Shown: positions 57,047 through 64,000 of the stretch, one piece after another
How positions within the stretch are numbered: position 1 is the stretch's first letter
How the letters are laid out: each line of letters starts with the position of its first letter
Virus record (IMG/VR): IMGVR_UViG_2609460327_000001
Span: 1 to 64,000 of that record
Strand: one strand, 5' to 3'
Source of the DNA: a virus
Lineage: Duplodnaviria; Caudoviricetes
Length of the DNA stretch: 64,000 nucleotides
Notes under the pieces: generated by a model
What the model saw: only the letters and a program-made list of their open reading frames with translations
What the model was told of the DNA's origin: nothing
Databases searched by the model: none
Position numbers and translations under genes: made by a program

Positions 57047-57073
57047 TATAAATAGCCTCCATATGTATAAATT

Positions 57074-57103
57074 CAAAAAGCCCCCGAAGCCGTTAGGCTT
57101 CCG
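57074..57103 (-). repeat. Hairpin-box junction element, copy 8
   Basis: GAAGCC-TAAC-GGCTTC-GGGGGCTTTTTG. Confidence 0.75.
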
Positions 57104-57186
57104 AGAGCGATAGTTAATTGATTGCTATAAAGAATGCGAAAGCTCAATATCATTTGGCGCCGTTCCGAAGGATCGGCAAAAGAAAA

Positions 57187-57405
57187 TTAAAGATCAAATA
57201 GGCGATTATCACTATATAAGATACCTAGCTCTTTATCGCTATGGTATAGCTTCTTACCATACTCATAGCCAAGCTTATACTGAGGATCCTCAGTATATAC
57301 GCTAGGGTAGAGGGAGACATAGCCATAGCAATAATGATAAGCATCAACTACACCATTATAATACTCCTTAGTATTCTCCTTATAAGCAGACATCAGCTCC
57401 ATCAT
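57187..57405 (-). CDS. Tyr-rich small protein, (M)MELMSAY N-terminus
   Basis: Last gene of the coupled array. Confidence 0.65.
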   Translation of the reverse strand: MMELMSAYKENTKEYYNGVVDAYHYCYGYVSLYPSVYTEDPQYKLGYEYGKKLYHSDKELGILYSDNRLFDL

Positions 57406-57710
57406 GGCCCACTCCAAAATGGTGGATACATAATACCTACTATGTCAAACTCTCGAATATAGTGTTGATTAGAAGTACTCTCATCGTGAATCACAATGTA
57501 TTTAGAAATTAAATCTTCGTTAACCTCCTGAATAACGCCAGTTGCATAGGATCTGGATATCGTCTTATTATCTAAATCTACGTCATGATAATGTATCACA
57601 CGTACAAAATCACCTATATAGAAGTCGGCATCTTGAAATGTAATGCGATTCATTATAGGGGGAGAAAAGGTAAAACCAGTATTCTCTAAATAGACATTCA
57701 TTAATTCCAT
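57402..57710 (-). CDS. Sm/SH3-like small protein, MELMNVY N-terminus
   Basis: IGDFVRV..TGVIQEV..IVI..I...DIVGI. Confidence 0.7.
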   Translation of the reverse strand: MELMNVYLENTGFTFSPPIMNRITFQDADFYIGDFVRVIHYHDVDLDNKTISRSYATGVIQEVNEDLISKYIVIHDESTSNQHYIREFDIVGIMYPPFWSGP

Positions 57711-57979
57711 CAGGCGCCTCCATGAAGTTTGACATTATAGATATTTCCTTCGTATAGAGATATATGTCCATGGTTGGATCGAGGACCATCATCCGGATCT
57801 CGATATATAATTCGAAACATCATACGTTCATGCTGTGAATCGTCATCCCTGTGCATATACTGAGCAATATACTTTATTCCAGGCCGGTCATAGTAGTATT
57901 CGAACTCATAGACTAAGCCTGGAACCATATCTTCTGGTTCTATATGTTTGCGTAGGCGATAACTAGTCATTAATTCCAC
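57710..57979 (-). CDS. Small beta-barrel-like protein, (V)MELMTSY N-terminus
   Basis: GTG 57979 with RBS; MVPGLVYEF. Confidence 0.7.
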   Translation of the reverse strand: MELMTSYRLRKHIEPEDMVPGLVYEFEYYYDRPGIKYIAQYMHRDDDSQHERMMFRIIYRDPDDGPRSNHGHISLYEGNIYNVKLHGGA

Positions 57980-58206
57980 TCCCAACACTCCTTTATGTTA
58001 GATAGTGGTATGGAACAAGAATTAACTTCATGAAGCATGTTATCTCGGCCATCAAAAGAGACAAGTGCAAATGTAAGAGTGATTCCATCTTCGGTGGCAG
58101 CCGCGATCATGCCCAGATAATAATCATTGCTATAGGTAACAAATACATATTCATCACCTATAGCATACTCAAGCATGGTTCTAAGGTAAGGAGCAATCAG
58201 TTCCAT
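57970..58206 (-). CDS. Sm-like small protein, MELIAPY N-terminus
   Basis: IGDEYVF..YLGMI....DGITL..IPLSNI. Confidence 0.7.
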   Translation of the reverse strand: MELIAPYLRTMLEYAIGDEYVFVTYSNDYYLGMIAAATEDGITLTFALVSFDGRDNMLHEVNSCSIPLSNIKECWEWN

Positions 58207-58426
58207 AGATTTCATACTCCTTTATAGAGTCAACATGTAATGACATTTCTGATGTTGACTTAATATTACGAGGATCATCACATAAAGATATGTCTACCAT
58301 GCCAAGCTTTAAAAAGTTGCGGTCTAGGGAAACTACAGTTCCGAGCAACTGATCACCGTTGTTTAGTAACTTATAGTCACATCCTATATGAAGCAACGAT
58401 TTAATATACGATGAAATGAGCTCCAC
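58181..58426 (-). CDS. Sm-like small protein, (V)MELISSY N-terminus
   Basis: IGCDYKL..NGDQLLGTVVSLDRNFLKL..LHVDSI. Confidence 0.7.
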   Translation of the reverse strand: MELISSYIKSLLHIGCDYKLLNNGDQLLGTVVSLDRNFLKLGMVDISLCDDPRNIKSTSEMSLHVDSIKEYEIYGTDCSLP

Positions 58427-58428
58427 GA

Positions 58429-58671
58429 TCAATCACTCTCCATATAAATACTTAATTGATCTATCTCGTCTGGTGCAAACATCATCCCTATTCTGCAGTA
58501 CTGATTATTGATAGTATACGTGTGAAAGATCAAAACTTGAGAATCATGTCTATGCTTATGGAAAACAGCAATATGATACTGACCTTCATAATAAAAAGAA
58601 TAGGTATTGCCAGGGATAAGCTGATGCGCAGCAACAATAGTTCGTTCAAAGTAAGGAGACATAAGCTCCAT
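58429..58671 (-). CDS. Small beta-barrel-like protein, MELMSPY N-terminus
   Basis: GAGGTG RBS; LIPGNTYSF. Confidence 0.7.
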   Translation of the reverse strand: MELMSPYFERTIVAAHQLIPGNTYSFYYEGQYHIAVFHKHRHDSQVLIFHTYTINNQYCRIGMMFAPDEIDQLSIYMESD

Positions 58672-58684
58672 TATATACACCTCA

Positions 58685-58945
58685 TTAGCGCTCTTTTACA
58701 CTACCAGGATCCGCTCTGCGCAGGATCTCATCATAGACAGCGTATGCATATTCCCAGTCTTCGAATTTCTTATCATATATAGAGATGGTTTCCCATCCTC
58801 GCCAGCCACCAACATCACTCCAATAGTCTTTTGAAACAATGATTCGAGCCGGTTTAGGGAGAATATCCCCAGTCCTTTGAATCTGAGAGTAATGCTTAAC
58901 GCTATCTTTAGTGAAAAAATGTCTCTTTATAGGCTTAGCACCCAT
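58685..58945 (-). CDS. Hypothetical protein
   Basis: GGAGG RBS. Confidence 0.7.
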   Translation of the reverse strand: MGAKPIKRHFFTKDSVKHYSQIQRTGDILPKPARIIVSKDYWSDVGGWRGWETISIYDKKFEDWEYAYAVYDEILRRADPGSVKER

Positions 58946-58956
58946 AGCAATACCTC

Positions 58957-59154
58957 CTATAGGTGCCTTCTTGTAGCATGACCAGCTTCAATAAGTTTAT
59001 TAAGATAGCGTAGCTGCTGCGCTGCATAGTATGGATCATCACTATCACTAAGCCTATTCTTTATATCTTGCAGGGCAATCAGCGGGAAATCATATTCACC
59101 AATCAGCTTATTTATCTCAGCTGATACATACTCATGAGTAATCTCTTGACTCAT
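58957..59154 (-). CDS. Hypothetical protein
   Basis: AAGGAAG RBS; EYDFP..ALQDI..RLSD..Y..QQLRYL. Confidence 0.65.
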   Translation of the reverse strand: MSQEITHEYVSAEINKLIGEYDFPLIALQDIKNRLSDSDDPYYAAQQLRYLNKLIEAGHATRRHL

Positions 59155-59155
59155 A

Positions 59156-59359
59156 TTATCTTCCTTTCTTAATAAGATTATCAAGCTCTCTACTGATATT
59201 ATCGAGAGCTTGGCTTTCTCTGGTCTGAGCATCATGTATGCGCTTAGTTGATCGGCGTATAGATAGAATATTGATTACGGCAATGGCCGCAATGGCAATA
59301 GATATTACAGATATAACAGTCGAGACCCAGAGTATAGGGCTCATAAGCATCAACTCCAA
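59156..59359 (-). CDS. Single-TM protein
   Basis: Hydrophobic helix plus coiled coil; start uncertain. Confidence 0.6.
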   Translation of the reverse strand: MELMLMSPILWVSTVISVISIAIAAIAVINILSIRRSTKRIHDAQTRESQALDNISRELDNLIKKGR

Positions 59360-59492
59360 TGCATAGGGTTTTAAAAGGTTTTAGCGCCGTTCCGTAAGGA
59401 TCGGCAAAAAGAAAAAATCCAAGCCGCATACCATTAATACTATAGCTCACTATATAAACAGTATACAGCATAAGCATACATAGAAGATAAGA

Positions 59493-59798
59493 CTATAGAT
59501 CAAGTAGAGGAACATTCCTATTAGGAACAGATATCATCTCAGTACCGAAAGAGCCCATACGCAAAGATACAGCACCAACATCTATAAGCTTACGCATACG
59601 ATACTCCAGTTCCTTCTCAGTAAGACCATGCTTCATATCATAATAGTTAGGATACATTTGAACTACAGTATAGAAAGGAACCTCCTCATTACCTGAGATA
59701 TCTAACGTTTTAGTTATAGCATGCAGAGCCTCAAAGTTGCGATAACCTAATTGTTCATTAGTGTAATTCATATCAAATTCATTAACAGCATTGTTCAT
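59493..59798 (-). CDS. Winged-helix-like protein (paralog A)
   Basis: GGAGG RBS; MK..L.EKELEYR..KLIDVG. Confidence 0.65.
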   Translation of the reverse strand: MNNAVNEFDMNYTNEQLGYRNFEALHAITKTLDISGNEEVPFYTVVQMYPNYYDMKHGLTEKELEYRMRKLIDVGAVSLRMGSFGTEMISVPNRNVPLLDL

Positions 59799-59821
59799 AT
59801 CATTAATCCTCCTATAGATAA

Positions 59822-59902
59822 TTAGAATATAAGCTGGGCGATCAATAAACCAGTGGTAACACCCAGCGCAAAGTAAACAACAACATCCCATTTAGTACGC
59901 AT
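59822..59902 (-). CDS. 26-aa hydrophobic peptide MRTKWDVVVYFALGVTTGLLIAQLIF
   Basis: Translated by hand; AAGGAGG RBS; fills the gap between the paralogs exactly. Confidence 0.55.
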   Translation of the reverse strand: MRTKWDVVVYFALGVTTGLLIAQLIF

Positions 59903-59915
59903 ATATAAATCCTCC

Positions 59916-60254
59916 TTAAGATACAGCAGATACAGCATCATATCTCTTCATACCAAGCTCAGTAGGAGAGAGTATATCATTCATATCTATAGTCTCTCTA
60001 TATATAAAGCCGGCATCAATCAATACAACCAGTCTATACTGGAACTCCTTCTTGCCCATAGTATACTTCATATTCACACTATGGTAACTAGCATGTAGCA
60101 TGCAGAGATTGCTACCAGAGATAGTTCTTCCAGTATGTAGTCTAAGCATATCCATGAGAAAAGCAAATACATCTAAGTTGCGATTACGTACTTCCTCTTT
60201 AGATAAACTATGATCGAATAAGCTACGTCCTTCAGTTAGCAATTTGTTGCTCAT
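59916..60254 (-). CDS. Winged-helix-like protein (paralog B)
   Basis: MK..M.KKEFQYRL..LIDAGFI..PTELG. Confidence 0.65.
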   Translation of the reverse strand: MSNKLLTEGRSLFDHSLSKEEVRNRNLDVFAFLMDMLRLHTGRTISGSNLCMLHASYHSVNMKYTMGKKEFQYRLVVLIDAGFIYRETIDMNDILSPTELGMKRYDAVSAVS

Positions 60255-60285
60255 ATAGATAGCCCCCTTGTTCAAGTTAAACATT

Positions 60286-60312
60286 CACAATGCCACAGGA
60301 GCGTTAGCGACC
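60286..60312 (-). repeat. Hairpin-box junction element, copy 9 (weak-stem subtype)
   Basis: GGTCGC-TAAC-GCTCC-TGTGGCATTGTG. Confidence 0.6.
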
Positions 60313-60891
60313 ATCGTCTACACTATCTATTACATCGTCATACACTATAGAAGACTTAAGATAATCATACGCAGGATGAAGAAAATTTTCGGATGAGGGT
60401 TCACCACTTTCAGTCGCATATGATATACGAAATAGGTAATATAGCATTCGAAGTATGATATATGGCAGGATGTAGCTCTCTGTGATATAAGTCATCGTAC
60501 ATAAAGTAGCGTCACAATTGAGATTGCACACGATTCGGATAGGTGATAACAGCCATCGATAACGGCATGATCAGCATGCTCATATAGATCAGCTTACTGG
60601 CGGCGAAGCAGCTTCCTCCCCCACCGGGAGCTATATTCATATGATTCAGCTGTCTAGCTGTATTGCCGTAAGTTGCCGCCCATACATGTCCACTATAAGT
60701 ATCTTGCCTTCGCGTCTAACGAGAGCATCCTACAAGTAGTATGATTCGTCATCTGCAAAGGGTAGGGCGTCTTAGAGAGGAAGCGTGGAGCTGTCGATGG
60801 CGTTAGCACCTACCCGAAGGGTGTGCTATAATAAAGCAGTAGCCGACATGCCTAGGAACATGCCGACTACGTGTATGGCTGTGGTGGCCTA

Positions 60892-63800
60892 TTACATGCG
60901 TTCGATGCTGGAGATAGTCAGACTCATAGTTCTGCCTTTAGCTTCAGCATTGGACACACTAAGATTAAAGCATGTTGCGCCAGTCAAGAATCCAACTTGG
61001 TCTTGGTAGAAGTCACCTACATATACATTTCTGCTGCCTACTGGAACATAAGCAACATACGTATAGCTTTCAGTAACCTCGTTATACATATACTCCACTG
61101 TTACCATACCTGCATTCGCAATGACAGGTGCCATTCTCTCTCCATCAAATACACGACCGGTTGAATCAGCTCCAATACGGAAGTTTGCTTTGATATCAGA
61201 TGCAGGGACAACATAAGGGTTCTTCACAATCTCACGATTAGAGATAGCAGCGCACAGCTCCAAGAATTGCTTCTTAGCCACGACCCAAGGGAAGCTGATC
61301 GAACGATTGTTATCTTGACCTCTCTCTGTGTATGTCACCATATATGCAACATAGCCGATATCCATAGAAGAGTAAGAGAACTCCAATGCAGCAAGTGCCA
61401 TTTGACTCTTATACATAATCGCATCGCAATCGTCTCTATAGATACGCTCAATCTTCTCTTTAGCCATCGCCAGTGCAGGATCAGCCTCACCATACTTCAG
61501 CTCAGCAAGCTTGATGAACTCTTCATGTTTCTGACGAGCATTCTTGATGTCGCTTGTATAGATAGAACGAATGGAACGAATAGAGTTAGCGATTCTGTCA
61601 TAGATAACTGGATCAATAACATACTCAGCTCTCAGGATATGAATCAGGTTGTTGTTCTCTACATCGTTCATGATCTCTTCGGACTTGTCGATTACATTCT
61701 CTTGTACGAATGCTTTCATGTGGTTATGCACACGGGACATTACAGAACCTGTGTCTACTCCACCCTCAGCACCTTTGTGATGTGCGAGCCATGCTTGCTT
61801 GATCCATTGACGCTTGGATTTAGGTGACTCTTGGAATCCTGCATATCTTGGAGGATTGTTGATGAACTCCAATTCAGCAGCCAATGCTTCCTCATATGCA
61901 CCACCATGCTTAGCACGGTCAATCTCCCATCCTTGAGCCAGACGAATCAAGTCGATCATATCTTCCATACGAGCGATCTCTCTAATCAGCTCTTGTTTCT
62001 CAGCATCTGAACGTTCAGTCTTTTGACCAAACTCATTGGTATTCTCTGCATACATATATCCTACTTTACGTACAGCATCAGCAAGACGAGTAGCAATGTT
62101 AGTCAGTTGACCGATCTTGTTAGGAGTCAGTGTACGAATGACATACTCTTTGCTTAGCTCATGTACAGCTTGAATGAATGCATCATTATATTGATCGGCA
62201 GTGAACTTCACTTTGAATTGTCCATCGTGTGATACGCAAGGAGCATCAAATGCAAGCTTCTCATCAGATTCCATAGGGAACGGGCATCCAGAAGACCACT
62301 CACCATCTTTATCTACATGCAGGTCAAGCATAGCCAAGAACTTAGATTGACCATCTTTACCCATGATGCCATTAACGATAGCACGTACTTGTGTAATGAA
62401 TGTTTCATCACCATCGTTATCAGCTCCGCCTTCAGCGAATGTATCCAAGTCATGGCAGCTCATTACACATACAGAGTTGAATGCGCCTTTAGCAGAAGCA
62501 GTCACATAGTTTTGTGGAGCTACACCATTCAAGATACGTCCTTCACCTTTAGCAATAGCAGGGTTACGGAAGGATGCAACAGGGCCCTCTACAAAGTGTT
62601 GGTTATCGCGTGCTGTCATGAATGTTTGGTGTGGCTTAAGACCAACGTGATCAGGGACAATCATATCTCCATTCTCATCTTCCACAGCTTGAAGCAATGC
62701 ATATGGATCTTGAACCATGAAGCGATACTCGCCTTCTACAGGAATCGTACCAGCAACCCATTTGTCTACTTGCTGCCCCATCAGTCTCAGTGCTCTTGTT
62801 TGCATGTAAGCATCTTGGAATGTGAATGGAGCATAGTGCATGAAGTTAGCAAATACAGAAACAAGGGAGCGATCACGTAGAAACTCAGCTTGTGCAAGAG
62901 TCAGCTTGTTCAGCTTCTCCAAGTGAGCAACCCCTGCATACTTTTGAATCAGTGCAGGATTAGTAAGTACACTCTTAGCTTCATCCAGGCGTGGTTGAGC
63001 AACATCAATCATTTGCTCTGCTGTAATGCTGGATACATGTGCAAACTGATATGGAAGCTCTACATACTCAGACTTCATAGCAGGACGCTTAGCAAAGCGT
63101 GCAATACGCAGCTCAATACCAAAGTCAATCTTACCTTCGCTATCAGCAAGCAAACGGAAGTCACCTTTCACAGCAGACTTGAATGCAACGATATCTGCAT
63201 CATAGTATTGACGCAAGCCTGGCACGAATACCATCAAGCCTTTAACGAATGGGGTGATACGTACTTGCCATGCATCGGAATCATTGCCAAACTCAGCCTT
63301 CAATGCCCAGTAGATCGACTCGGAAGCTAGAACCAAGCCATCGCCTACGCCAAGCTTCAGATAGTTCATAGGCAGGACTTCTTCTTTAGTCATGCGTCCT
63401 TCTTTCCATGTAGCTGTGAATGTACCATCAACCGCAGATACAGTGACTACACGGTTGTTATAGAATGCTTTGAACTTACCATTCTTGATCTTAGCAAAGC
63501 GATCATCGATTACTGCCATAGAGTGACGATCAGAGTTAACCAAGTATTCTCCTGCTCTCATGTTAGGCAGCTGGTCGATATGAGCATTAGGGAAGGTTAC
63601 AACCTTAGATGGCACAGAGCTTGTACCAGACAGGCCTGGACGTTTCAGATACTTCGTGATATCCAGTGTATAGATACCCGTAGCCTTATCCAGTTTGCAA
63701 TAAGACAGGAAGCTATGACCAAGCTTACGGAATGCTTGTGGAATCGTCATGAAGTCTTCTGCAATATAGATACCTTGCAATTGACGAGCTTGAGAACCTG

Positions 63801-63999
63801 TTTGAATAAAGAAGTTTGCTTTGTGTGTAACGCCATCCACTGAGTAATGGAATCCATTGCGGACGATCTCGATTTGCAAGTCTTTCATTTCTTGATTCTC
63901 TTGATCAGCGATATTCAAGTCGATATAAACAATGTGAGTCGCATCCAAGTGTAGATCGTTGCTATCTGTAGCTGGCATCAATTTACCGAATGCATCAGC
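60892..63999 (-). CDS. YonO-like single-subunit RNA polymerase (cellular RdRP/double-psi barrel fold), 5' truncated
   Basis: QVR...KG, FRNP, GGADNDGD catalytic loop, IGQLTN and EIDRAKHG motifs; the frame stays open to the window edge. Confidence 0.88.
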   Translation of the reverse strand, partial: ADAFGKLMPATDSNDLHLDATHIVYIDLNIADQENQEMKDLQIEIVRNGFHYSVDGVTHKANFFIQTGSQARQLQGIYIAEDFMTIPQAFRKLGHSFLSYCKLDKATGIYTLDITKYLKRPGLSGTSSVPSKVVTFPNAHIDQLPNMRAGEYLVNSDRHSMAVIDDRFAKIKNGKFKAFYNNRVVTVSAVDGTFTATWKEGRMTKEEVLPMNYLKLGVGDGLVLASESIYWALKAEFGNDSDAWQVRITPFVKGLMVFVPGLRQYYDADIVAFKSAVKGDFRLLADSEGKIDFGIELRIARFAKRPAMKSEYVELPYQFAHVSSITAEQMIDVAQPRLDEAKSVLTNPALIQKYAGVAHLEKLNKLTLAQAEFLRDRSLVSVFANFMHYAPFTFQDAYMQTRALRLMGQQVDKWVAGTIPVEGEYRFMVQDPYALLQAVEDENGDMIVPDHVGLKPHQTFMTARDNQHFVEGPVASFRNPAIAKGEGRILNGVAPQNYVTASAKGAFNSVCVMSCHDLDTFAEGGADNDGDETFITQVRAIVNGIMGKDGQSKFLAMLDLHVDKDGEWSSGCPFPMESDEKLAFDAPCVSHDGQFKVKFTADQYNDAFIQAVHELSKEYVIRTLTPNKIGQLTNIATRLADAVRKVGYMYAENTNEFGQKTERSDAEKQELIREIARMEDMIDLIRLAQGWEIDRAKHGGAYEEALAAELEFINNPPRYAGFQESPKSKRQWIKQAWLAHHKGAEGGVDTGSVMSRVHNHMKAFVQENVIDKSEEIMNDVENNNLIHILRAEYVIDPVIYDRIANSIRSIRSIYTSDIKNARQKHEEFIKLAELKYGEADPALAMAKEKIERIYRDDCDAIMYKSQMALAALEFSYSSMDIGYVAYMVTYTERGQDNNRSISFPWVVAKKQFLELCAAISNREIVKNPYVVPASDIKANFRIGADSTGRVFDGERMAPVIANAGMVTVEYMYNEVTESYTYVAYVPVGSRNVYVGDFYQDQVGFLTGATCFNLSVSNAEAKGRTMSLTISSIERM

Positions 64000-64000
64000 A

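Larger units (their letters stand above)
1..64000 (-). mobile_element. Early/replication region of a large SPbeta-like prophage or phage-plasmid (ends not in window)
   Basis: YonO-like RNAP, own dnaN/dnaG/recA/ssb/thyX/pcrA, dozens of short unidirectional ORFs, degenerate tRNAs; no housekeeping operons. Confidence 0.8.

Noticed and set aside
284-63843. All plus-strand ORFs in the track (for example 36483-37301, 38137-38697, 46331-46804, 61267-61827, 62317-62880)
   Set aside because: Nearly all are antisense shadows of well-supported minus-strand genes; no RBS or recognisable motifs
1-64000. Introns, inteins, IS elements, integrase or att sites
   Set aside because: No transposase, homing endonuclease, intein termini or recombinase motifs recognised; RecA, DnaG and the helicases have ordinary lengths

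Overview
64 kb from a large (about 39% GC by eye) Bacillales, probably Paenibacillus-type, SPbeta-like prophage or phage-plasmid. Essentially every credible gene is on the minus strand. No virion, integrase or conjugation genes are visible. In transcription order (right to left) the window holds: a 5'-truncated YonO-like single-subunit (cellular RdRP-fold) RNA polymerase; a long run of small early-type genes; a SNF2 helicase; a PRTRC-type ubiquitin-like cassette (E2-D, Ubl, ThiF/E1); a GT2 glycosyltransferase; a 3D-domain protein; SSB, RecA, UDG-like, resolvase-like and Gam-like genes; a radical SAM/Ycf46-type AAA/DUF1257/DUF2997/ThyX block; a frameshifted PcrA; DnaG; a Rad52-like annealing protein; a DUF6094 methyltransferase-like plus helicase pair; DnaN; a 1.4 kb cluster of structured non-coding RNAs with degenerate tRNAs; and an RRNPP (AloR/AimR-like) receptor with a secreted propeptide missed by the ORF track. 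Signals not explained by the annotation: (1) a shared N-terminal peptide M-[ED]-L-[MI]-x-x-Y on at least 9 small proteins; (2) nine copies of a covarying C(TWAC)G hairpin followed by a GGCTTTTTG box at gene junctions; (3) the ncRNA cluster; (4) a 14-bp palindromic operator on sigma-A-like promoters; (5) a 21-bp-period TCATATGA array. All family assignments come from motif recognition by eye, not database searches.
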